Shown: positions 27,020 through 38,860 of the stretch, in pieces
Layout: every line of letters begins with the position of its first letter
Position numbering within the stretch: the first letter of the stretch is position 1
Assembly: GCA_013115145.1 (NCBI GenBank)
Contig: JAAPAO010000118.1
Coordinates: 7,003 to 71,002, forward strand
Source of the DNA: Perkinsus chesapeaki ATCC PRA-425
Lineage: Eukaryota; Protista; Perkinsozoa
Direction: 5' to 3'
Length of the DNA stretch: 64,000 bases
Made by a program: the position numbers and the translations under genes
The notes under the pieces: generated by a model
Told to the model about the DNA's origin: nothing
What the model saw: the letters and a program-made list of their open reading frames with translations, nothing else
The model's database searches: none

Positions 27020-28516
27020 CTACCTGGATTCCCGCTGAGAACGGTGATGACTGTACGGCTCGTAAAGCTCAAGGATTGACGTGGGCTCATCTTCATCGGT
27101 ATCAACTCCGCGATGACTCTTCCTTCTAGATGTCACCCCGGCCACATCCCCCGACTTGTAGAAGGCCTTCTCGATCCTATCCAACCTCATCATCAAAGAT
27201 TTCATAGACTTCTGTACCGAGCCAGGAGCGATATAACACTGTTGGGCAGCGCAGCCACACTCCAGCTCGGGCACGTCCACAACGAGGGCGTTGAGGAAGG
27301 AGAGATCTTGGCTTGGCGCGGAGACCACAGCGAACTCCACGAAGCAGTCGATATTCGCAGCGCCATGGCGACCCCAGCGGGTGCCCATAAGATGCTCCAT
27401 CCAGGTGACCAAATTCTTCGCAGTGAGGGACGCATCTTTTCCCGAATCTCCACAGAAGCAGCAGCTGTTATCGGGACTCCCCAAAGTCATCAGCGTCCTC
27501 CTCAATCTTTCCATAGTGAAAATGACAGCCGGCGCGTCGCTCAATTCTTCCTTCTCATGCTTCCAAGTGAGCTTCTCCGTCATCACAGTGGCCAAGTCCA
27601 CATAAGGCGCCCTCGGGCCGACCACACCCTCATGCGCCTTCAAACCGATAACATCATTTTCGTGTCGACTCAGCACCAGGACGGTCTCTTTTTCTGCCGA
27701 GGACGGCGGGCCCTCAACAACCGTTTCGATCGAGAGTATCTTCACAAGCTGGTTCGTATGGAAAGTCACCTTGCCCACATCCAGCCCATCGACGGGGACC
27801 GAAGGCGCACCCCAGCGAGCCGGTATTGCCGAGAGCCTTCTGGCCACTTCGACCAGGTCGTGGTCACCCGGCTCCGTAATCACGCACCACCACCGAAGTC
27901 CACTATCTTCCCCAGGCGTCACAGCTCGGGCTAGGACATATCCTCCAGAGTGCGGAACGCGCACTCTTAAAGACGTCAAAACCACAGGTTGAGCGAAGAG
28001 GACCTCGAAAGCACCTTGACGCACCGCACTGTGCTCTCCAAGCATGGATTCCTCGGGCCATGACGCCTCCAAAGCCTGAGTCTGATGTAGCAACCAGTCA
28101 AGGTCCCCCTCCCCAGCCGACCAGCTCTGCTTCTGGAAGGCCTCGGATGGTCTCGGCGGCAACGGTGATGGTACCGGTGATCTGCCTTGCTCGCCATAAG
28201 GCTTCACAAGCGCCAATACGGTCTGAAGGAGACCGTTCTCGTCCACCGGACCAGAATGCAGAGACGCCGGCACAAACCCGCAGACTGGGGGCGACCGGTC
28301 TCCACGGAAGCACCAGGGCCCGCCCGACAGAGAGTCACAGATGACGTTGCTGTCGGCATTCGAAGCATTTGGCTTGAGGGAGTCCAGATGCACTAGGACT
28401 CGGGAGCGTGCCATTTCGGTAAGGTCCTCAACATGCATACCAATGCCAAGGGCAGCATCACAAAATGTGATGAACAGCGATGATAGGATGATGGTCGATA
28501 TCATTTTACGAAACAT
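27020..28516 (-). CDS. Hypothetical secreted protein, single exon, 498 aa
   Basis: Long ORF with signal-like N-terminus (MISTIILSSLFITFCDAA) and several Cys; no family recognised. Confidence 0.7.
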   Translation of the reverse strand: MFRKMISTIILSSLFITFCDAALGIGMHVEDLTEMARSRVLVHLDSLKPNASNADSNVICDSLSGGPWCFRGDRSPPVCGFVPASLHSGPVDENGLLQTVLALVKPYGEQGRSPVPSPLPPRPSEAFQKQSWSAGEGDLDWLLHQTQALEASWPEESMLGEHSAVRQGAFEVLFAQPVVLTSLRVRVPHSGGYVLARAVTPGEDSGLRWWCVITEPGDHDLVEVARRLSAIPARWGAPSVPVDGLDVGKVTFHTNQLVKILSIETVVEGPPSSAEKETVLVLSRHENDVIGLKAHEGVVGPRAPYVDLATVMTEKLTWKHEKEELSDAPAVIFTMERLRRTLMTLGSPDNSCCFCGDSGKDASLTAKNLVTWMEHLMGTRWGRHGAANIDCFVEFAVVSAPSQDLSFLNALVVDVPELECGCAAQQCYIAPGSVQKSMKSLMMRLDRIEKAFYKSGDVAGVTSRRKSHRGVDTDEDEPTSILELYEPYSHHRSQRESR

Positions 28517-28680
28517 CTACAGTATGCGTCATCCAGAAATGCGCAAACTTGGCGGACGATTTTCTAGACAACCAGAAAACCCCAGTTACCCATGTTGGGA
28601 GGATATCTTGACGCAGACAACCTCTTGTCTAAGCGGCAGCAGTATTTCCCTCGCAGGAAAATTTCGGGAATATTAACCTC

Positions 28681-29500
28681 TCAAAAGCTGGAAAAAATTC
28701 GGCACCGTTTTTCCGACCCACAACAAAATGTTATAACGGTGGAGCGGGAAGGGTTTTGCGCCTCAATCGAATGTAAACCTCTGTCACCCTCCCCCTCCAC
28801 TTGAGCCCTATCACTATCGACTATCCAGATCATTGCATGAAATAAACCCTTTAATGCTCTTCGGATGCGAGAAGCTGCCAAAGTTTCCCTCAAGAAACGC
28901 AGACGGAAAAGTGCATGCATTCCTAGACATCGGCTAACACCTTGTAGAGCAACCCAGAAAGCAAGACGATCCCGGGCTAACACTGCTTGCACTCATCAGG
29001 TACTATACTATAATGTTCAACCCAAAATGGCGAGAGCGGTATGAAATACAACTGTCCACCTTAACAACACGACACCTTTAACCAGTTTGAACTGTGCTTC
29101 CCCACTGCTCAATATCTAGCTCTCTTATATGGCCTTTCTTCACCACCACCTCCTTCAGAGTAATACTGTCGACCACCTTGCTGATACGGCGGGTAACCAC
29201 CTAACAAACGCCAATTGCCTACCATACAAAGATCTCAATGGAGATACAACGCTTTGGATTCGAAATCTAAGTCCATCATCCTCTTCCTAGAATTCACGAT
29301 AGCCTAGAGCCGACATGAGCAAAGGCCTCACGTACCATTTATTGAGGCATAGATGTGATGCTTTGATGACTCAAATAGTTCAACTAGGGTAATTTGCCCA
29401 GCTTGCCAAAGGCCCCGAGATCTTTTGCAAAGCATGCTCCTAGTAAATCCAGAGTTTCTGGATACACGAAGGACAACTGCAGCATATTCCCACTAGAATG
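28681..29500 (-). CDS. Hypothetical multi-exon gene
   Basis: Coding-like ORF 28681-28992 and probable upstream exons; model uncertain. Confidence 0.3.
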
Positions 29501-29544
29501 ATCCCCAATCACCGAGCACTCTCCTTCTATGGTATATCACATTC

Positions 29545-31260
29545 CTATCCGACTCCCCTCTCACCTTTCCCTCCACTCCTTGGTCCACCATATGATGCCC
29601 GCCGGAATCCTCCACCTTTACGCTGACCAAAATAGAAATCATTTGACCTAGTAAAAATCTTCATAGTGCGTTCCATCCATATCCATCGCATACCGCGTTT
29701 CCCTATCTCTTTTGCCGACAAACAACTGATTCCCGTCGCCACTTTCCAGTGCCTTCAGCAGGCCTCTTCCCTGACCACCTACATGGAATCTACGCTACTA
29801 TTACATTATCCCTTCACACTGAGAATAACTGTGAGATCGTCTCCATATTATAATAGCCCACTTGTGTCGGCACGGAAGAGACAACACTCTCACACAGTTT
29901 CAATTTACGTTTGTACCATTAAAGAAGGCTATTCCTTACAATGACTCGACGCTAAGATTTTCATGCTCTATTTAGAGAGCAGGCAACAGAGAGATATTCC
30001 AACAATGCCTTTGAACTACAGTACATCTCATCAGTCACATACCTCTGGAAGGGTCGAAATCATCACGGAAATCATCTCGCCATTGGTCTCCCGTCTGCCC
30101 CCTTCCAAACTGCCTCCCTGCCGACACACCGCTATCCCAGTCCACTCGGATGACCTAGAAAAGAAGCAAACGTCAAGCAGTTGGACAGAGGGAGAGTTAT
30201 TGTGCAGAGTTACGAGTGGAATACAACTGGTCATTGGAAAGGCGACTTCATTATCAGTCTGGCCAGAATTGCCCTGTGTTATCGAGGTTAAAGAGGGCGA
30301 TGGTCCGCTGTGTGGTGAAGATACCACAAGCAAGCTACTCAACCTGGTACACCGCGTGCCATCTATTATGAAGGGATTTAGTCAAGCCAAATGTGTGTAT
30401 TCCTTTTCGCAATTTGATCGGCAAAAGCTCCACCTTCCCGAGTCACTAATATCTCCCTAGACACATGACAACCGATCCCTTTCCCTCCGTGCCAAAGCTT
30501 TTTATATTCCTCTGTGGCCTCTAGTAACCGACACAAAGTAGACAGCCCTGATCATTACCCTATCATCAAATGTTGATGTATTCAATAGATTCTGTGCCCA
30601 TGCCGCGTCATCTCTGGTATCATACTCGACAAAGCAGAATCCACAAGGGGACTTCTTAAATCGATTCAACCCCATTGTAACCTAGATACCACTAGACAGC
30701 TTTTCCCGCGCGCCCCAAAACTACCTTCTTGACCTTCCCGCACTTTGAGAACAACTCTAAGATCTGCTCTTCCTGAAAATGACCAACTATTCCTCTCGCC
30801 TTGACTCATCGCCAGATGGCAACATATAGAGCCATACAAAGACAGAAACCCCGAACAAACGTTTCTGGTTGCGACAAGTACACATTATTGTTCGAGTTAT
30901 CACATTCGGCATTCAGACAGAAGTCCGATGAGTCGGGGTGCGGCCTCGGAATTAACGCCATACTCTGCTCGGGTATCACCGCTAATAGCGTAACTTATGC
31001 TGCTGCACCGCACTCTATATGAAGCTATTCAACAGTTTATACTATGAAATGGTGTAAAGTACTATAAGCTTTATAGCACTATATATTCCCTTTACACCAT
31101 TCACCCTCCTTCCCATTATTACTGTCGTATAGAAGCTAAGATTTCCAACGTAAAGGGTAGTTGACGTCTGTAAACTGTTGAACCATTCCTCTCGAGTCAG
31201 TCCTGACTTCTTATCATAGTACTTAGTACTTGGCGTGAGATCGACAAAGAGATGCGCCAT
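29545..31260 (-). CDS. NCBP2: Nuclear cap-binding protein subunit 2 (CBP20)
   Basis: Exons encode [12 protein letters not shown]|[16 protein letters not shown]|[20 protein letters not shown]...DDR|VIRVDWDSG...[17 protein letters not shown]; exact 3' end uncertain. Confidence 0.95.
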
Positions 31261-31340
31261 CGGCAAAAAGTCAACTACCACCTCAAACCGCAGAACGCAA
31301 TAGCACTGTTGACTTAATAGAAAGCACTCGAGTAGAATCA

Positions 31341-32651
31341 TCAGCCACGCCAACAAGGGGACTTAAGTTTCAAAAATGCTTTGATGGCAACCTTTGAGAC
31401 GTAAGTCCACCGCTCTTCTTCTAGGGACCGGTTGATCTCCGAAATGGGTATCTATGAGCATTAAATGATATTAAGGGTGATATTGACAGGCCAATAGCAT
31501 CTGGTGAAGGAAGGACTACAGGTCCATCATGAGCCTCCCAGTTGCCTTTGCCGAATCTTTGCGTGTACTTGTATTTCTATATGTGCATTTACATTTCAGA
31601 GACAATGAGACATTGGATATTAGCAATTGGATAATTTGGATATGCATTGCTTGGTAAATCTGCCCTTTCATGGCCACGAGTAAATCCCTCAGCGCTTCTA
31701 TACACTGTGTATACCGTGAATGCCCAATAATCACTACCGCCCGAATCCTGCTATGCTCCCAGTTATCAACTGCTTCATTCTTCACTCCTGCCAAGACACC
31801 CGAAGACTTCATCGACCCCAGATCAATTACGAAAACAAGCTCAGGTTTGTACGCTTGTTCCCTGCCAGTGTTGAACAAACCTATGAACACAGCCCATCTA
31901 CCCTACCGACGGGCATTTGGCTTCCTTACCAAGCAAACGAACGTCAAGTGGATCCCCTGGAATACCTAGCTCTTCCAACATCTCTTTTTTTATAACAGCC
32001 ACAGGATCATCGATATCTATTGTACCTGTCAGTTTAATCCCTACTATAGCGGGATACTGTATATAATTATCATTCTACCAGCGGGGGTAAGATGCCACAT
32101 ATTGGGACAGCAGGCCACTTTAGAGGACCTCCTTCCCGCCATGATAGCCGTGCCGTTGTCAACTAGGGTGATGCTGCAGCACCCGAAAGGATTTAGTTTT
32201 TCTGGTATTTCCAGAGCTCGAGGAGAAAAATGAAGGTACCTGGAGATAAGGGAGATGCCCATCTAATAATGCAGTAAGGATTTATTGCATTACAGCTGAT
32301 AGCGATACCACGACCGCTGCAAGTCAACTTGGAGCTTATTGGGCCCCACAGATCGCCATTGGCGGACTCCCCAAACGCGGCCATCGAAGGTTTTCGGGTT
32401 CGAGGGAACGATAACATTATCCCAATAGTCCTGAGTATCTACAACATAGAGAAGTAGTTGATGTCCAGAGGATATGAAAGGCAGCAAGAGTCAGGTGGTG
32501 TCTTACTTTGTACGGTTTCATCGGTGAATTTAACTTCTCCAGGTAGTTGATGAATTTGAATAGCATCAGAGGCGAGAGGAAGAGGTGTCTCCGGCATCCA
32601 ATAGACACCATCAGTCAGATCAGACGATGATGATGATGATGAAGTTGACAT
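31341..32651 (-). CDS. Nudix hydrolase, NUDT22-like
   Basis: NPKTFDG, NPFGCCSITL...AGRRSSKVACCPNMWHLTPAG and Nudix-box-like KEMLEELGI. Confidence 0.65.
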
Positions 32652-32751
32652 TATTATTCGTAAAACACTGACTGCTCATATACCATATATCCAATAGTCC
32701 GCAAGTCTCCAATGCCGAGACGGAAACGCACGAAAATGCGCGTTTAGCGAA

Positions 32752-32824
32752 TAGTCCCGGCGGGGGTCGAACCCGCGGCCTACGGCTCATAAGACCGTCG
32801 CTCTAACCACTGAGCTACAGGACC
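32752..32824 (-). tRNA. trnI: tRNA-Ile(TAT)
   Basis: Cloverleaf; anticodon arm ACGGT-CTTATGA-GCCGT; T-loop TTCGAC; no intron. Confidence 0.93.
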
Positions 32825-33471
32825 GCTCGATAACATACGGCTCAGATTCCTTTGGCTTTTCTTAAACTGATTAAACTACGAAGTTACTCCTTATTCCGCA
32901 CACCGTCACTGGACAAATGTTCCTCTGCGCTGTCCAATTTGCACTTTGCCTCGCTGCAGTTTTGTGTTGCCCCTTGCCTAATACTGCGGTCGGCGCTGCC
33001 ACGACTGGCCGACTCGTTTCATCGCAGAGTCTCTACAAAACTAACTGCATCATCTATCTCGCTCTTGGATAGAGCTCAGCCACTGATAGACACCCCCGGA
33101 CTACTGGGAATATCTCAAGGACGCATTATGAGTACCGCAGCTGCCACGAAAGTATGTCGGTAGAGATCGTTGAGTCGTTCATTTGATTCTAGAAGACATT
33201 CTGGAACAAAGTATTCCATAAACGTTGGTTCATTCGGTAGGGTGCCACTTCTGCATTGGACGCTACAGGGGAAATTCAAGGACTGTTCAATAAAAATACT
33301 TATACTGGATGAGTGGTAAAATACTCATAGTCATGGGAACGGTGAGATGGCGTTAGTTCTGCTGTCACTAGCCGTTTCGGTAGTAGCAGTACACCGCCAT
33401 AGCTTCCTATTATTGGCCCAATACTGCTGGCAAAGCTTTTCCCATCGTATCTGCCTCAGACCTCATCACCG

Positions 33472-35466
33472 ATGGTGATCTCCGAAGACGGTGAGAATGT
33501 GGTGATACTAATGAGAGTTAACGGGAAAAGGCTTACCTTCAATCGTAACCCTTCCGACACTATGGACCAGGTGAGAGAGGTAGGAGGGCCTGAGACGGCA
33601 CACTGAGCTCTGTAAGGTCCTAAGGCGGATGCAGCTCAGTGTAGAGAAGGCGTACGGTATTGGTGATAACCGTAAAGGTAAGAAAAGAAAAGGTGCTCCA
33701 TCGACAGATGAACAACAACAGGAGCATGATAAGAAGGTAAGGATGATCTAATCGAGGGGTTCGGAAAGTTGTGACCGACTAGGTGATGATTCGATGGTCC
33801 GATGGCGAGGGAAAGGAGCTCGCATCAACCGATGGCGCAACTAATATGTGCACCTTGGCAGAGCTTAGTCGTTCTACTAAGGCAATTACTGTCAACGATC
33901 ACGTAGAAGATCATTTCCAGTTCACTGTATACAAGGCTGATTAGGTATACTCTGTCTTTCTCAACCCGCCTATGGTCAAGTCGGTAGCGCTGAAATATTT
34001 CCTTTTTGCAGAGTATCCAGTCATACCTCTGGTAGAATGCAGCAACACAACTCCTGATGAGCTGGTGTATGAATACAGAACTGCTGACTCAGAGGACATT
34101 GTCCACTCCGGCAGAATATTCACTCCCAATGACGATCTGGTTGGGAAGAAGCTGCGAGTGACAGCCTATCACAACCAATGCCGAGACTTGCCGCAGGCCG
34201 AGTCCGATGCAAGCAAGGCCATCCGCGCCTCCCCGAGCAAGGGAACGTTCCGTGATCGTCGGCTCCCTCACCCTTTGGCGATCACTCCCCCAAATCGCAT
34301 TAGAGTTGCCAGTTTCAACGTGCTTGCTCAGCGGTATGTTAGAACGCCTCTGGCAACTAAAGTGATGTACCAGAATGTTAAGAACTGCCGAGAAGTCCTC
34401 GAATGGGAGTATCGATGTCCACTACTGATGAGGGAGCTGATGGACGTAAAGGCAGACATCTTCTCATTCCAAGAGGCTGAACCGAGATTCGTTGAGACCG
34501 TTCATGAGGTGACGCCCGAGTACACTGTTCGGTACGTCGAGAAGAGCGGCCATAAGGGCGAAGGCTGCGCCATCGCCTACAGAAATGATCGCTTTGAAAT
34601 GCTTGATGAGACTACATTGGACTTGGCATCCGATGGAATTAAATCTGAGCTCAGCGAGGTGCAACTTGCCGAACTCCAAAAGAAGTGGGGGGACGTCAAC
34701 CTGTTTAATGACGTCTTTGACAACCTCGGCACCGTTGGCCAGGTCGTTGTGCTACGCGACCGATGCGATACGAATAAGATATTTGTCGTTGGTAACACAC
34801 ATTTGTTCTTCCATCGAAACGCGGCTCATGTTAGACTGTTGCAAGCTCATATGTTGGCCATGGCAGTGAAGCATGAACTGGATAGGTTTCAAGGGGCGAA
34901 CGCCTTCATCTGTGGCGACTTCAACTCCTTCCCTGACAGCGGTGTGGTCGAATACCTGAGCTCTGGCGAGGCACCGGCGAACCACAAGGACTGGTTTTAT
35001 GGTCCTCAATTTAAATGGGACTCCCAGGATTGTGCAGACCTAGACGAGGCCGTGGATGAATCGGCGTACCATGACGTGTTGGTGGATGAACCGGAATGGG
35101 GGGAAGGCGATGAGCTGTTTGGACTGGCGGGGGAAGTTAAGCGAATGAAGCCTGAGAAGGTTGATATGAATCTGGGCATTGAGCTGCATCACGGTATAGA
35201 TGGCTTACAGCATACAGAGTTGCCGCAGTACACTAACGCCGTTTGCAACTTCAAGTGAGGCGAATGCGTCATGAAAGTAGATTTGAATATTTCCTCTTTT
35301 CAGAGCCGTGCTGGACTACATTTTCTACACGCCCCATCTCACTCCTACATGGACCCTTCCCGGCCTCACTGATGATGACATCAAAGCCTGCAATGGCGGC
35401 TTGCCGTACAAGTGTTACGGTAGCGATCACGTTATGATTGCGACAGAGTTTGAAGTGTCGAATTGA
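33472..35466 (+). CDS. PDE12: 2',5'-phosphodiesterase 12-like (CCR4/EEP deadenylase family); start approximate
   Basis: RVASFNVLAQRY, DIFSFQE, VGNTHLFF, FICGDFNSFP, FK|AVLDYIFY, YGSDHVMI. Confidence 0.88.
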
Positions 35467-36053
35467 ATAAGCCATCATTTGCTGAGTGTTTCCGTAGACC
35501 GCACTAGTTGTGTAGCCAGTAGTACTTCGGGCAGTCATAACGAAACGACAGAGACATGGGCTGATACCGGAACGGGAAAGCCTAGGTGGAGTGTACCACA
35601 TATCAATGGGCAACAACAATCTTAGACAGTTCTCTGATCGGTGTAGCTGTGGAAACTAAAGGAGGCCGGGGGCTAGTCGATCGAACCACGATCTAGTTAA
35701 GGCTACACTTAATCGCGAAGGGGAAGCGAGTCGGCTCGGTGAGAATGATTAACTTGACTCCTGTCTGTAATATATTGCTCTCAAATGGCCGAAGGAGAGT
35801 GCACTATTTCCTGAAGCGATGGTTGCGAAGCTTCCTATCGGCGAACGATCGTATCTTCATGATCATACTAGACTCAACATTAGTGCGGTTAGTGCTCGAA
35901 CGATGCGGTTGATAGTGGTAGACAGACTTTTTGTTAATATGTTTTGTACGGACAAAGTATATCGAGATTTAAGCACAAAGGCGAGAATAAAGGATACTAT
36001 AGGACTTGCCAGGTCAGGGCACAAAGTTGGACGCTGGGTTGCTAAATGCCTCA

Positions 36054-36455
36054 TTAATGCTTCTTGAATTTAATGCCAAGAGCTTCAATCCAATCTGAAC
36101 CATGGGAGAGGCCCGACCAGTCGTCGATGTCCGTGCAGAGCAGCCTAGCAAACGTCTGCAGCTCAGCATTGCCTTTGTCAAGATTGAGAGAATGCCAAGG
36201 CCAGCCACCTCTGGAATACTCCACATTGTGCCATGAAAACTCATAATCAGAAGCAAACAGACGAGTGGCAAATATACTCACAGTACCAGTTCTACCATCT
36301 TCGTCAGATCTGGTCACGTTCCAACGCATATACAAGTCATCATTGTAGCCAGTGTAAAGACCAGTTTCTGGCATATTACAAGATCTTACAAGATAAGCGG
36401 CCCAGATGGCCGTAACGTATACCCTGTAGATGACGCTTCTGCTCAATAGGGACAT
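36054..36455 (-). CDS. Small secreted hypothetical protein
   Basis: ATG at 36455, hydrophobic leader, single exon. Confidence 0.55.
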   Translation of the reverse strand: MSLLSRSVIYRVYVTAIWAAYLVRSCNMPETGLYTGYNDDLYMRWNVTRSDEDGRTGTVSIFATRLFASDYEFSWHNVEYSRGGWPWHSLNLDKGNAELQTFARLLCTDIDDWSGLSHGSDWIEALGIKFKKH

Positions 36456-37506
36456 GGGTTGGACTTTACTAAAGAACTGAGAATAACAATTAATGCTCGA
36501 CGGTGGCATACGATGGTACGATGGCAAATCGAGGAATTGCTATGATTGCGGAAGGGTCGCTGCCATCTCGATATTTACGACTGTCAGTAATTAGCACGCC
36601 AGTTGTTGAAACTTTACTGCAGTTACTATATTGGTTACGAATTACTACTACTTGTCACTGGTGCAAGAGTGACAAAAATAAGGGATCGGAGTGTCCGATC
36701 CGGATACCCTGCCTAACGGGTGAAGCTTAAAGAAGTTCTAGAATACTCTGCGCCATATGGACTGTAAGGCATCTGGTGGATGGAAGTACAATAAGGTAGC
36801 CGCATTGCAGACTGCAATTTTCAGTGGCAACTTAGGTTAAATGTACGTTCGTTCATAAGGAGTGTACGGGAACGTGAGATTGCCACTATAACCATGTTAT
36901 ACACTTCAGGGGCCCGCTGGAACTCACTCATGCAATAGATGTTACCCTGGTAGGGAAGAGACCTTAGCTCTGTGACGTGACACGTACAGGACTCTGGATC
37001 TATAAAACAATTCGATACGTTGAAACTTCAGCTTATTAACAGAACGCAACACGATTCATGCGTTGAAGTATTCATCTTGGCTACACCAGAACTTCAACAG
37101 AGCAGCTCGTGTTACATGAGCCCAGGCAGCCTGGGATGTATTCCATTGTCACCGGGACACTATATAACTGTCGCCGTGACACCGACAGCGGTGTCTTCGT
37201 AATCATTTCAAGTCTTGCGACTCGTGGGAATTTCCATGTGAAATTTTACCTCATGAAATTGACATTGTTAGTTTGGCAACCCTAACGCACTCAAGCACGA
37301 CACCTGGGGAATACAAGCACTCCCAGGATTCTAATCGCAGCTACGCAAGTCTAGCACCGCCAGGGTATCACGGTGCCGTGATACCGCACCGCCTTCGCTA
37401 CCCTAAGTTTTCTGAGACAATCGGCACTTGCAAAGTTCGGTCAAACGCACCTTCGAGTTGGTGATTGATTTCAGCTCTGGTTTATTAAGCACCTCTGCGT
37501 TGATTT

Positions 37507-38595
37507 ATGGGTATACGGATTTCGGACGTCCTCTATCTCCTTCAACAGCTATCCCCTCTTTTCTGGGCTGCCGATTTGTATAGAATTCCTATTTCCCGTG
37601 AGGACGTGTTTCCGGGTGATACATGGGGGCAGCTCGTAGCCCCGATTAAGGTCGGTAACTACGACACCTACGCCCTTATCGATACTGGAACGCCACTCCT
37701 TTTCTTCATCTGGAGGCATTGGTTCGAAGGTGTTCAGCCCGGCGGTTGCAAGTTGTACGTTTTTGGCTGCTATGAATGTTCCCCTGATGTTTGCACCAAA
37801 GGCGATGAAACTACCTTCAAGTATGATAATGACTATACGGTAACTCTATTCAGGCAGCAGGATACCCTTAGCCTCGGAGCTTCGAGTGTGCCGCATATTT
37901 CTTTCGGGTTGGTAACTGGCGTTAGCAAGCGACCATGGGCATCTCTCGGACTTGCTCCGCAGACTCCACAAACACACCCGTATCGTACGTTAATAGACCA
38001 GTTGGCGCAGCGGCGGTTGATAAATGAGACCACTTTTTCTATTTACCTCAAGGACAACGAGCATCCAAAGGGTGAGCTGTTGCTGGGAGGGAGTGATCCA
38101 GCTAAATATCGCGCCCCTTTGAAGTACATCCAAGTTTCTGGATATGGTGTGTCGAATAATAAATGGTCGGTTGAGCTACGTAATTTGAAAATCGGTCAGA
38201 CAAGGGGGATCATAATTACCCCCCAAAATGTCGATGTGGATACAGGCACCAACCATCTAATCATGCCCGACTGGTTCAAGCGAAATGTGCTAAATCTCTT
38301 GAGGAACTCAGGACAAAAGCCGGTGACTATTTCCGAGGACGCTGAGGGATATCTGGTAAAATGCTCCGACACACCTAACCTGCCTTCAATGACATACATT
38401 TTCGTTGGACCACAGGGCCAGGAAGTTCCCCTCAGAATTCCCCCGACTAGCTTATTTCGCAAGTCAGGCGATGACGTCTGCCGTTTGCTCCTATACTTTA
38501 CCGATGACTGGCTTCTGGGAATAAATGCTTTTATTGGCCACTATTTCTCTTTTCACTGGACAAAGAGACTAATCGGATTCTCCGAGGCGGTGTAG
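37507..38595 (+). CDS. Pepsin-family (A1) aspartic protease, intronless, secreted
   Basis: Two DTG motifs (ALIDTGT, VDVDTGT), GELLLGGSDP, WLLG; signal peptide. Confidence 0.92.
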   Translation: MGIRISDVLYLLQQLSPLFWAADLYRIPISREDVFPGDTWGQLVAPIKVGNYDTYALIDTGTPLLFFIWRHWFEGVQPGGCKLYVFGCYECSPDVCTKGDETTFKYDNDYTVTLFRQQDTLSLGASSVPHISFGLVTGVSKRPWASLGLAPQTPQTHPYRTLIDQLAQRRLINETTFSIYLKDNEHPKGELLLGGSDPAKYRAPLKYIQVSGYGVSNNKWSVELRNLKIGQTRGIIITPQNVDVDTGTNHLIMPDWFKRNVLNLLRNSGQKPVTISEDAEGYLVKCSDTPNLPSMTYIFVGPQGQEVPLRIPPTSLFRKSGDDVCRLLLYFTDDWLLGINAFIGHYFSFHWTKRLIGFSEAV

Positions 38596-38860
38596 AAAAC
38601 AGCAGAACACTTGTACACATGGAGCAATTGATTCTAGGCTATATAACGTAAGGTGACTGATTGATGTCACATTTCTTTACTGAGTAGATGTTGATCACAT
38701 GTGTCTGAGAGACTTACATTTCTTTACAGAGTAGGTCTACACCGGGGTAGCTACCTCAGAATGCTGGCAGAGTAGCATTTATCGTAGCCCGAAGTATCAC
38801 GAGGGTCTTGATCTCTTAGTTTCACTCAGACTTGCGTTAGTTACCTATTATGAGACGGTT

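Noticed and set aside
27113-28344. Long plus-strand ORFs
   Set aside because: GC-rich antisense shadows of the 498-aa minus-strand CDS.
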